A stretch of DNA of 60,325 nucleotides from an uncultured Candidatus Saccharibacteria bacterium (lineage in GTDB: Bacteria; Patescibacteriota; CPR2; UBA1875; CAIMLA01). Numbering within the stretch: position 1 is the first letter of the stretch; each line of letters begins with the position of its first letter. The position numbers and the translations under genes were made by a program. A model generated the notes under the pieces. That model was given only the letters and a program-made list of their open reading frames with translations, did no database searches and was not told the DNA's origin. Positions 39,445-48,080 of the stretch are shown here, in pieces. The stretch is taken from the NCBI GenBank assembly GCA_964641375.1, contig CAZXMN010000003.1:1-60325 (forward strand). Direction: 5' to 3'.

Positions 39445-40386
39445 TTACTTATCTGAATGAAATGCCTTATGTACTTCTCGTAGTTGTTTATTCGTAATGT
39501 GAGTATAGATTTGCGTGGTTGTGATAGAAGAGTGTCCCAACATGTCCTGTACGCTGCGGATGTCCGCCCCATTTATTAGTAGATCGGTGGCAAATGAATG
39601 CCTGAGTACGTGTGGAGTCACATCCTTTACTATTCCTGCGAGTTTCGCGTATTTCTTGATGATTCGTTGGACACTTCTTGGTGTTAAACGCATAAACTCA
39701 CCATCTTCATAATCTTCGCCTAGTCCGCCATAATGGATGAAGAGTGGTTTAAAATCGTCTTTGCGGGTCTTCAGATAGTCAGAAATGGCGTCCTTCGCAC
39801 CGTCGGAGAGGAAGACAAGCCTCTCTTTATCACCCTTACCACGTACCATGAACTCACCCCGTTCCATATTGATGCTGTCTATATCTAGGCCGGTTAGTTC
39901 GCTAACACGAAGGCCGGTGGAAAACAGAGTTTCAAGGATTGCTTTATCACGGAGAGTGATCCCGCTGTCTTTGTTCGGATTTTTTTCTGGCGCTCCGAGA
40001 AGTTCTTCCACTTCAGTGATTTCCAGAAAGGTGAATGATTTTCTGGTGGCGTCAGCAAGCTCCAGTTTTTCTGCAGCGAGACAAGGGATGTCGCGGCGGG
40101 CGAGATATTTCAGAAAGGCCCGAAGAGCTATGATGTGATAGTTTTGAGTAATCTTCTTCAGGGTTTCGCCGGCATTGGTATCGATTCTATTTAGATAAAG
40201 TCTGTACTTACGGGTGAGTTCCTGGGTAATATCAGAGACCTTGACGTTTTCTTTCCGTTTCTCGTTTCTGGTAAATTCCAAAAACCGAGTGAGGTAGTGT
40301 TCATAGTTTCGAATGGTAAGTTCACTGTGGCCACGCTCAATCTCACAATATTCGAGGAACTCATTAATAAGTGTTTCTAGGTCCAT
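39445..40386 (-). CDS. XerC/XerD-like tyrosine recombinase
   Basis: TGLRVSEL, GKGDKER, TPHVLRHSFAT, LGHSSITTTQIY; N-terminal SAM-like domain. Confidence 0.93.
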   Translation of the reverse strand: MDLETLINEFLEYCEIERGHSELTIRNYEHYLTRFLEFTRNEKRKENVKVSDITQELTRKYRLYLNRIDTNAGETLKKITQNYHIIALRAFLKYLARRDIPCLAAEKLELADATRKSFTFLEITEVEELLGAPEKNPNKDSGITLRDKAILETLFSTGLRVSELTGLDIDSINMERGEFMVRGKGDKERLVFLSDGAKDAISDYLKTRKDDFKPLFIHYGGLGEDYEDGEFMRLTPRSVQRIIKKYAKLAGIVKDVTPHVLRHSFATDLLINGADIRSVQDMLGHSSITTTQIYTHITNKQLREVHKAFHSDK

Positions 40387-40453
40387 GATTTATATTGTAC
40401 GACGCAAAAAGACTTCTCGCAATGGGGAGAAGTAAATGTTAAAATATAAAAAC

Positions 40454-41257
40454 ATGAATATTATACAGGCTATTTGGCTAGGAATAATTCAGGGATTCAC
40501 GGAAATGTTGCCGATCTCTAGTTCGGCTCATCTAATTCTTTATCCATGGCTTTTTCATTTTCCTGATCCTGGTCTTGCATTCGATGTTGCCCTCCATGTC
40601 GGCTCGCTTGTCGCTATTCTTGGTTTTTTCTGGCGTGAATGGTGGAGCCTGATACAAAACTTTTTCAAACTCGTACGGGATCGAAAGGTTACAACATTCG
40701 AGCAAAAATTCCTTGGTTACCTGTTAATTGCTAGCATCCCGGGAGCGACTTTCGGTATCCTTCTGGACAAATATGCCGAAAATGCTCTTCGTAATCCGCT
40801 TCTGATTGCCTTTACTTTGGCAGCCTTTGGAGCCGTTCTCTGGTTTGCTGATCATCATGATGCAGGCAAGAGAACTATAAAAGATGTAAAGATTAAGGAT
40901 TCAATCTTGCTCGGTGTCTCTCAAGCTGCTGCAATCATCCCGGGTATTTCAAGATCCGGCATCACTATGACTACCGGTCTTTTTGCCGGGTTAAAGCGTG
41001 AAGATGCAGCTCGTTTTTCCTTTCTCATGTCGGCACCTATCATTGCTGGTGCTGCTCTCGTGAAGCTTAAGGATATAGAATCTGGCATGCTGACGCTTCC
41101 GACCTTTTGGATAGCGATCATTGTAACCGTAATTACTTCGATTATCGCCATTAGCTTCCTCTTGAAGTATTTACAGAAGCATAGTTTTAGCATTTTTGTT
41201 TATTACCGCTTCGCACTTGCTGCACTGATAGTCGCAGTTTACCTAGCGAGGAGGTAA
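40454..41257 (+). CDS. uppP: Undecaprenyl-diphosphate phosphatase UppP/BacA
   Basis: GIIQGFTEMLPISSSAH, PGISRSG, RFSFLMS; alternative start at 40436. Confidence 0.95.
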   Translation: MNIIQAIWLGIIQGFTEMLPISSSAHLILYPWLFHFPDPGLAFDVALHVGSLVAILGFFWREWWSLIQNFFKLVRDRKVTTFEQKFLGYLLIASIPGATFGILLDKYAENALRNPLLIAFTLAAFGAVLWFADHHDAGKRTIKDVKIKDSILLGVSQAAAIIPGISRSGITMTTGLFAGLKREDAARFSFLMSAPIIAGAALVKLKDIESGMLTLPTFWIAIIVTVITSIIAISFLLKYLQKHSFSIFVYYRFALAALIVAVYLARR

Positions 41258-41258
41258 T

Positions 41259-41720
41259 TTGTTACTGAAATACATTGAAGTTTTTCTACTTGCTGCTACG
41301 CCAATAATTGAGCTACGTGGAGCTTTGCCGGTAGCCATTCTCGGCTTCCATTTACAAATCTGGCAAGCGTATCTACTCTGCGTAATTGGTAGCTTTGCCC
41401 CAACCATAGTAATCGTTTATCTGCTTGGACCAGTTTCAGATTTCTTACGTAAATATATCAAGTTTTTTGAGTGGTTTTTCTCAAAATTATTCCAGTATGC
41501 TCGTGACAAGAATTCCAAGAAGATTGAAGCGCTCAAGGAATCGTCTGTTTTCATTATTGCAGCCCTGCCGATTCCGCTAGCCGGAGCTTGGAGCGCGGCT
41601 CTGGCCGCATTTGTCTTTGACATCCCACCGAGGAAGTCACTTCCGCTAATGTTTCTCGGTACCGCAGTCGCTGGTGGTATAGTATTATTACTAACATTAT
41701 CAGCAAAGGCAATTTTCTAA
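41259..41720 (+). CDS. Small multi-drug export family membrane protein (COG2426-like)
   Basis: PIIELRGALP...PIPLAGAWSAAL. Confidence 0.85.
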   Translation: MLLKYIEVFLLAATPIIELRGALPVAILGFHLQIWQAYLLCVIGSFAPTIVIVYLLGPVSDFLRKYIKFFEWFFSKLFQYARDKNSKKIEALKESSVFIIAALPIPLAGAWSAALAAFVFDIPPRKSLPLMFLGTAVAGGIVLLLTLSAKAIF

Positions 41721-42973
41721 TGCGAGAATATGAACTTACAAATGGGATTAAGGTCATTGAGGACCCGATTTCGGATGCTGCATCATTCACGATACTTGTG
41801 ATGTTCAAAACCGGTTCAAGGAACGAGACTCCCAATATTTGGGGTATTTCACATTTTCTGGAGCATATGGCTTTCAAGGGAACACCTAGCTATCCGAATG
41901 CGGCACTACTCGCCAAGGAACTAGACGGGCTTGGTGCTCTCTATAACGCCTTTACCTCGAAAGAATATACCGGCTATTTTATAAAAGGATCCAGAAAAAT
42001 CCTTCCTAAGGCAATAAGTATTATATCCGAAATGACACTTAGCCCAATCATTCTTGATGAAGAAGTCGACAAAGAACGTGGTACAATCGTCGAAGAAGTT
42101 CATATGTCAGAAGATGATCCAAGACGAAGGGTTTATGACCTTTTTGAAGAGTCGATTTATGAAAACAAACAAATTTCTCAAGATACGCTAGGAACAGAAG
42201 CCTCTCTCTCAGGTATTCACGCCAAAGAAATCATAGACTATAGAGAGAAATATTATCGTTCAGGTAATGCAGTTATCGCCGTCTCTGGATTTGTGCCTTC
42301 TGATTTAGAAGAAACTTTAGAAAAGTCTTTTTCTGCCATGTTGGAAGGAAAAAATAAGTACTTAACTTCTATTCTTGAAACCAGAAAGCAGATCAATATT
42401 ACCTACAAAGAGACTCAACAGACGCATCTGGCTATCGGCTTCCCAGGCGTAGACGTTCATAACAAAGACAGAGTAACTGCGCAAGTATTATCAATTTTAC
42501 TTGGTGGCAATATGAGTTCCCGTATGTTTAGTGAAGTTCGTGAAGAGCGTGGGCTCGCATATTATGTCAATACTTATAGTGATAATATGGATGATGCTGG
42601 TATCTTGGTGACCTTTGCTGGTGTAAATAATGAGAAAGCCCTGGAAGCCATCCGAATAATTCGTGATGTTTACAAAAGTGTTCTCACTGAGATACCAGAA
42701 GAAGAGATTCAAAAGACCAAAGATTACATTTCCGGTATGATTACTTTAAGTTATGAGGATAGTGAGAAACGTAGTGAGGTAAATGCTATTACCGAACTGT
42801 ACGGCGAACAGCAGAAAACACTCGAACAACGTCTTTCTGAGATTGAAGCCGTAACCACCGAAGAAGTCGTTGTCCTCGCAAATAAGTTGTTTAATGACAA
42901 GAAAATATGCTTGGCCCTCATCGGACCCTTCAAAGATGAGGCAGAGTTTGCTAAAATATTAGGGCTTAAATAG
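41720..42973 (+). CDS. M16 (pitrilysin) family zinc peptidase
   Basis: GSRNE, HFLEH inverted zincin motif, NAFTSKEYT, SSRMFSEVREERGLAY. Confidence 0.93.
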   Translation: MREYELTNGIKVIEDPISDAASFTILVMFKTGSRNETPNIWGISHFLEHMAFKGTPSYPNAALLAKELDGLGALYNAFTSKEYTGYFIKGSRKILPKAISIISEMTLSPIILDEEVDKERGTIVEEVHMSEDDPRRRVYDLFEESIYENKQISQDTLGTEASLSGIHAKEIIDYREKYYRSGNAVIAVSGFVPSDLEETLEKSFSAMLEGKNKYLTSILETRKQINITYKETQQTHLAIGFPGVDVHNKDRVTAQVLSILLGGNMSSRMFSEVREERGLAYYVNTYSDNMDDAGILVTFAGVNNEKALEAIRIIRDVYKSVLTEIPEEEIQKTKDYISGMITLSYEDSEKRSEVNAITELYGEQQKTLEQRLSEIEAVTTEEVVVLANKLFNDKKICLALIGPFKDEAEFAKILGLK

Positions 42974-42983
42974 AGGAGAAATC

Positions 42984-43565
42984 ATGAAAGTCGAGAGAAC
43001 ATTCGTAATGGTGAAGCCCGATGGGGTGCAAAGAGGTTTGATAGGTGAGGTTATTCGTCGCTTTGAACAGCGAGGACTAAAGGTTGTCGCAATCAAAATG
43101 GTCAAACCAACACTCGAACATATAAGTCAGCATTACCCTACAGACGATGCGTGGATTACAAGACTTGGTGAAAAGGGTTTCAAGAGTTTCGCTGAACAAG
43201 GAATTGATCCAATGGAAGTGATGGGAACAACTGACCAAAAAGAGGCTGGTATTCAGGTTAGGCAGTGGCTTATGGACTATATGACTGAGTCACCAGTAGT
43301 ACCAATGGTTGTTGAAGGTCTCCATGCGATAGACATGGTTCGTAAAATAGCCGGCAATACGCTACCTTTCAAAGCAGAATTAGGTACAATCAGAGGTGAT
43401 TACTCTTCTGATTCACCGTCTTCAGCAAACGTTGAGAAAAGGGCAATCAAAAATATTGTGCATGCATCTGAAACACCGGAAGAAGCTGCGCATGAGATAT
43501 CTCATTGGTTTTCTGAAGAGGAAATATTTGACTGGGATAGACCTGATCACAAAGCGATGTATTAA
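42984..43565 (+). CDS. ndk: Nucleoside-diphosphate kinase (long-insert type)
   Basis: ERTFVMVKPDGVQRGL, GTIRGD, NIVHAS catalytic His. Confidence 0.96.
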   Translation: MKVERTFVMVKPDGVQRGLIGEVIRRFEQRGLKVVAIKMVKPTLEHISQHYPTDDAWITRLGEKGFKSFAEQGIDPMEVMGTTDQKEAGIQVRQWLMDYMTESPVVPMVVEGLHAIDMVRKIAGNTLPFKAELGTIRGDYSSDSPSSANVEKRAIKNIVHASETPEEAAHEISHWFSEEEIFDWDRPDHKAMY

Positions 43566-43594
43566 AAAAAGGCAGCCATCTGGCTGCTTTTTTT
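43564..43594. terminator. Bidirectional terminator after ndk
   Basis: aaaaaaaggcagcc-atct-ggctgcttttttt. Confidence 0.85.
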
Positions 43595-43785
43595 CTTGCT
43601 TTTTGGCGCCCCTTGGGTCACTTTCCATCGAACACCTTTTGACCTGGCTTGACAGGCTAATGAGAGCATATGATGAAAATGTCTAAAGGGATCAGGAGAC
43701 ATCATAACATCTTTTTTATTTGTTTTGTATACTTGTTTTGTCAGATAAATGATTCGATAATTTTAGATAATTAAGAGTAAGCAAT

Positions 43786-44277
43786 ATGTTAGAAAATAAT
43801 CGTTATAACTTAATTGTCCAGACGGCAGATCGACTGGCACTTGAAATCTATAAAGTGACAAGAGATTTTCCGGAAGAAGAGATTATGGGACTTACCAGTC
43901 AGATAAGGAAGGCGGCACTTTCAGTCCCTAGTAATGTTGTAGAAGGTTCCTTAAGGAGCGGCAGGAGAGATCAGATTCGATTTTATAACATTGCTGCAGC
44001 TTCTTTAGGAAAGCTAGAGTATTTTAATGAATTTGCAAAAAAACTTGAGTATATAAGTTCATCCACTGCAAATAATCTGATAAAACAGAAAGTGGAGGTT
44101 GATCGACTTGTTAAAGAGTTGATTTGCACTATAAAAACCCCCGGATTTAATAGAATAAACAACGAAAAGATATCGGATAGAGTGAGTAAACCGATTGAAA
44201 ACAGGCGCTGCGTTACTAACGAGCCAAGATATCGTAAAAAATTCAGTTTTGTAAGATTTATCTTAAGTCTTTTGTAA
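43786..44277 (+). CDS. Four-helix-bundle protein (23S rRNA IVP / Avd-related family) with C-terminal extension
   Basis: LALEIYKVTRDFPEEE..GLTSQIRKAALSVPSNVVEG...FYNIAAASL. Confidence 0.88.
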   Translation: MLENNRYNLIVQTADRLALEIYKVTRDFPEEEIMGLTSQIRKAALSVPSNVVEGSLRSGRRDQIRFYNIAAASLGKLEYFNEFAKKLEYISSSTANNLIKQKVEVDRLVKELICTIKTPGFNRINNEKISDRVSKPIENRRCVTNEPRYRKKFSFVRFILSLL

Positions 44278-44311
44278 CGAGAAAGATAAGCATATTTTGG
44301 CCAACCGTTGC

Positions 44312-44638
44312 CTAACGACTCAGGCGAGAGGCGACCGCAAAGTGCATGAGGTATTTGTCAATTGAGGTCAAATCGGAATGGTATTCTTTACGTTCGGCCA
44401 ATGAATCAATTAAGACTTCTCGGGTTCGGGCAATTTCTCTGAGTTGATGTTTTCTTCGTCCATCACTCATAGTCAGGTCAAAAAGCTCTAGCGCTCTATC
44501 CAAAGCATTGTTCATTGCTACCTGGTCATTCTGTTTTTTAGCACGAATAATGCGGCCAACTTCAGTGCCAATATTCCCCATCTGTTCATTTAGAGAAAGC
44601 TTAGACCATCCCCCGTTTTCTAGGGCTGAATGTTGCAC
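44312..44638 (-). CDS. Conserved helical hypothetical protein coupled to the DUF5674 gene
   Basis: GTG start abuts the stop of the upstream gene; W..LSL.EQMGNIG.EV.R...ALELFDLT...LREIAR. Confidence 0.75.
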   Translation of the reverse strand: MQHSALENGGWSKLSLNEQMGNIGTEVGRIIRAKKQNDQVAMNNALDRALELFDLTMSDGRRKHQLREIARTREVLIDSLAERKEYHSDLTSIDKYLMHFAVASRLSR

Positions 44639-44983
44639 CTATATCACCAGTTTCTTAACAATCGCCATGATCTTCTCCCTATTCTTGGGATTTTCAACCT
44701 CTCTTGAGCGGTTATTTTGAGAAGGTCTAATATTAATCATTGAATCAAATTCGATTGTCTCCGCGGGATCTCTTCCGAGATAATAGTTAATCCCCCACAG
44801 ATTATTTTGATCTGAACCTTTTTCAATTAAAATGGCCTCCTCGTCTGCTTGAAGGTCGCCGCCAATTGCCAAAATTTCTTTTTCCACATCAACCACAAAC
44901 TTGACCATGTCGCCAAATTGGTGATTAGCGATTTCTTGAACATCCGAGATTTTAATTGGTTTTTCTATAACTTTTATTGTCAT
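44639..44983 (-). CDS. DUF5674 family protein
   Basis: MVKFVVDVEK..LAIGG.L.AD.E..L...GS.Q.NLWG.N...IEFDSMINIRP.Q.NRS. Confidence 0.8.
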   Translation of the reverse strand: MTIKVIEKPIKISDVQEIANHQFGDMVKFVVDVEKEILAIGGDLQADEEAILIEKGSDQNNLWGINYYLGRDPAETIEFDSMINIRPSQNNRSREVENPKNREKIMAIVKKLVI

Positions 44984-45145
44984 GAGTCAATTTTAACATA
45001 TTTTGATTTCCATCGGAAGCCTTTAAAAAAGTTCATTTTGCTAAAAGATGCCTAGCGGATAGATAAATGTTTCCGAGCCCCTTGTATTAATGGAGACCGG
45101 GAGATTATACCAAAATACATGTCTTTAATCAAAGATTTTATGCCC

Positions 45146-46018
45146 TCATTCACCGATTTTCCAGACGCCTTTTTCCCTGAAAGCAGGAACGGTTTGCCTT
45201 TTAGCTTTATTCAGTAAACTATTCAAGGTTTCACTGGTTTTCTTCGCATGTTCAGACAACCGGATAATCTTTTCACCCTTTAGGTAAGTTATTCTTTTGT
45301 GGAAAGATTCAATCAGGGCTAGATAAAGGACTCTTTCCATCTCAATCGTCTTTTTGTCATCTTTATATTCTTGAAATGATTTATAATAAATCATTTTTTC
45401 TTTATCACGAATAATAATTGGAGGGAATCCCAGCTCCATTAGCTGGTAATTTATAATGACCCGACCAATTCTACCGTTTCCGTCGTTAAAGGGGTGAATG
45501 TGCTCGAATTCTAGATGAAATTTAGCTATCTTTTCCAAGAAATACTCAGCATGGTTACTGGAATATGTAAGTAGGGCAGAATCGACCATTAAGGGTACAT
45601 GTTCGGGAGCGGGTGCGATGTGCATTCCAACTCTTACATATTCACCTTCTTTTCTGAATCTACCCGCGATGCTATCGTTGATATTACTGATTAACATCCG
45701 ATGGAGTAGTAGAATGAATTCTTCGTCTAAGCCGTCCCTGACGGACTTAGCCTTAACAAATTCAAATACTCTAGCCAGGTTTTTTGCTTCAAAGACTTCT
45801 CTTACCGAAACCTCTCTAGAAACCTCCATCTCCATCAGGATCTTTTCCGTTTCGGCTATTGTAAGGGTGGAGTTCTCAATCGCATTTGAATTATAGACTG
45901 ATTCGGGAATTTCGGTTTCAAATATGGTCTCTAAAAGAGATTCCTTACCTTTTTTTAAGGAATCATACTCTCGCTTCAGGCTGTTTATTTTTTCTCTAAT
46001 GTCTTTGGATATAGTCAT
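45146..46018 (-). CDS. Fic family protein (probable AMPylase) with internal inhibitory motif and putative C-terminal HTH
   Basis: HPFNDGNGRIGR; SNAIEN matches the (S/T)xxxE(G/N) inhibitory motif. Confidence 0.93.
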   Translation of the reverse strand: MTISKDIREKINSLKREYDSLKKGKESLLETIFETEIPESVYNSNAIENSTLTIAETEKILMEMEVSREVSVREVFEAKNLARVFEFVKAKSVRDGLDEEFILLLHRMLISNINDSIAGRFRKEGEYVRVGMHIAPAPEHVPLMVDSALLTYSSNHAEYFLEKIAKFHLEFEHIHPFNDGNGRIGRVIINYQLMELGFPPIIIRDKEKMIYYKSFQEYKDDKKTIEMERVLYLALIESFHKRITYLKGEKIIRLSEHAKKTSETLNSLLNKAKRQTVPAFREKGVWKIGE

Positions 46019-46027
46019 AACATATCT

Positions 46028-46056
46028 ATTATATATTACTCACGCAATATTGTCAA
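46028..46056 (-). promoter_or_regulatory. Consensus promoter of the Fic gene (near-leaderless)
   Basis: Minus TTGACA-17-TATAAT, 9 nt from the ATG. Confidence 0.8.
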
Positions 46057-46356
46057 TATACCGTGAATCTATTCCATATCTTCACAATATTCACGGTGTA
46101 ATTCTTAATCCTGCAGTCTGGAAACGATAATCGTATCGCAATGATACGATTAGAGGTATGTTTTGATGCTTGGGTAGACACATGTCTAATTTGACCAGGC
46201 TGGGTTGATTTGAACACCAATAAAAAGGCTTTATGCAAGCATACTCATGTATTTTACTCTCTTGGTCATCCTTGTTTGGCAAAATCGTGAATATAGTCGA
46301 ACACAAAAAGACCCCTTCTGTGAGGCCTTTTTCTATGTGACGAATTGTGTATATCG

Positions 46357-46432
46357 TGGCGCCCTTGGAGGGAGTCGAACCCCCAACCTCTTCCTTAGGA
46401 CGGAATCGCTCTATCCATTGAGCTACAAGGGC
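46357..46432 (-). tRNA. tRNA-Arg(CCT)
   Basis: Reverse complement GCCCTTGTAGCTCAATGGATAGAGCGATTCCGTCCTAAGGAAGAGGTTGGGGGTTCGACTCCCTCCAAGGGCGCCA, 76 nt. Confidence 0.92.
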
Positions 46433-46505
46433 TTGTTGACGCTGCCTATTTTAGCACAGATTATCCCTCCTGTTAATTGATTTCCGTTAATTGTATAATG
46501 AGATT

Positions 46506-46997
46506 ATGAGTAACGTTATTACACCAATAGGGGGTGAAAAAGTCCTTCTGAATCTCAGAAAGAGCATTCTAACTTATCGTAAAGAAACTCTCAGATTTTT
46601 ACTTATGGTAATTATTGCCATTCTGGGAGCAATATTTCTATATAAATACTTTGTAGTCTTAATTATTTCTGCTGTTTTACTGTTTATAGCTCTAATTTAT
46701 GCTTTTTATCATTTCTTGATTTGGTTCTATGACCTCTATATTATCACGAACATGCGTCTCGTTTCCGTCTCAAAAAAGGGACTATTTACCCGTGAATTTA
46801 GCGAGATAGATTACCACGATGTCACCGACATCACCTATCGTATTAGCGGTGTTTTCGCTACACTTTTCCAGTACGGTACAGTTACTGTGAAAGGACCCAG
46901 CACAATCGAGCTTACTAATCTTTCTGATCCCAGTGAAATTCTAGAAATGTTGAAAGCCCTAGTGGATGCCACAAAACGAAAAACCACCCAAAAATAA
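46506..46997 (+). CDS. Bacterial PH-domain membrane protein
   Basis: Two TMs, then W..D.YIITN.RL....KGLF.RE...I.Y..V.D...YGTV; ATG 6 nt after TATAAT. Confidence 0.85.
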   Translation: MSNVITPIGGEKVLLNLRKSILTYRKETLRFLLMVIIAILGAIFLYKYFVVLIISAVLLFIALIYAFYHFLIWFYDLYIITNMRLVSVSKKGLFTREFSEIDYHDVTDITYRISGVFATLFQYGTVTVKGPSTIELTNLSDPSEILEMLKALVDATKRKTTQK

Positions 46998-47056
46998 TGT
47001 TGCCAACTACTGTAAATAAAAGTACTATATATTAGTAAGCATAAAGGAGAGGTGTC

Positions 47057-48043
47057 ATGGCTTTTGATCTCAAGAAAGCTACTAGTAATTTTCTCAAAGT
47101 CTTCAAAAGAGCGAAAAAAACCTCAGGCAATAAACCACGTAAATTGAATTTCAAAAATCCAAAATTAATCATCGGTTCACTAGTTGGACTTTTACTGATT
47201 TTTGTTTTTGTGATGGGTATTGGCATTTATGCATTCAATTGGGAAGATGGCTTCACTACCGGGGTTAGCAAGGTTGTTCCTTATCCAGCGGGCTTCGTAA
47301 ATGGACGCGTTATTTTCTATCACACATATCTTGAACAATTAGATATTGTGGAAAAATATCAGCAAGAGTTCAAAAAAGTCGATTTCAAAACTGCTGATGG
47401 CAAGAAAGTCTTGGCACAAGTCCGTAAAGATACAATGAATAATTTAGTTGAGGATACTTTGGTTAGTGCTGAGGCTGCTAACTTAAAGGTCGTGGTTTCA
47501 GACAAAGAACTCAATGATCAATTCGCTAGCCTAGTAAAGAGTAATGGTGGTGATACGAGCTTTTCTAGTGTTTTGAAACAATATTATGGTCTAACACCTA
47601 GCGAATTTAAGGACGAAATCTACAAGTCTAGGCTGCTCAGACAGAAGGTCGCCGATACGTTTGCAAACGACCCTACTGTCAATGCAGACGCTCAGAAACT
47701 AGCTAATGATGTTTTGACCAAGGTCAAGGCAGGCGGTGACTTCGCAACACTCGCCAAACAATATAGCCAGGATACCAGCGCCTCTAACGGTGGTGATATG
47801 GGATACTTTGGTAAAGGCAAGAATGTGCCGGAATTCGACAATGTAGCTTTCTCTCTAAAGGTCGGAGAGGTAAGTGGACTCGTAAAAACAGTTTATGGCT
47901 ACAGTATCATCAAAGTTACTGATATCAAAGATGACCAAATTCGCGCCTCACAGATTCTGATAAAGACTAAAGACTTTGATACGTGGCTCGCAGATGCTGT
48001 GAAGTCAGCAAAGAAAACAATCTATATCAAAGACGCAAAATAA
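47057..48043 (+). CDS. PrsA/SurA-like peptidylprolyl isomerase
   Basis: TM, SurA_N-like region, parvulin GGDFATLAKQYSQD...GGDMGYF...EFDNVAFSLKVGEVS..VKTVYGYSII. Confidence 0.9.
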   Translation: MAFDLKKATSNFLKVFKRAKKTSGNKPRKLNFKNPKLIIGSLVGLLLIFVFVMGIGIYAFNWEDGFTTGVSKVVPYPAGFVNGRVIFYHTYLEQLDIVEKYQQEFKKVDFKTADGKKVLAQVRKDTMNNLVEDTLVSAEAANLKVVVSDKELNDQFASLVKSNGGDTSFSSVLKQYYGLTPSEFKDEIYKSRLLRQKVADTFANDPTVNADAQKLANDVLTKVKAGGDFATLAKQYSQDTSASNGGDMGYFGKGKNVPEFDNVAFSLKVGEVSGLVKTVYGYSIIKVTDIKDDQIRASQILIKTKDFDTWLADAVKSAKKTIYIKDAK

Positions 48044-48050
48044 TCAGTTT

Positions 48051-48080
48051 AAAAAAGAGCCCAGTCTAGGGCTCTTTTTT
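48051..48080. terminator. Bidirectional terminator
   Basis: aaaaaagagccc-agtcta-gggctctttttt between convergent genes. Confidence 0.88.

Noticed and set aside
39445-40386. Tyrosine recombinase as a prophage/island or integron integrase
   Set aside because: Xer-like motifs and length, housekeeping neighbours, no IntI-specific insertion and no adjacent att or phage genes
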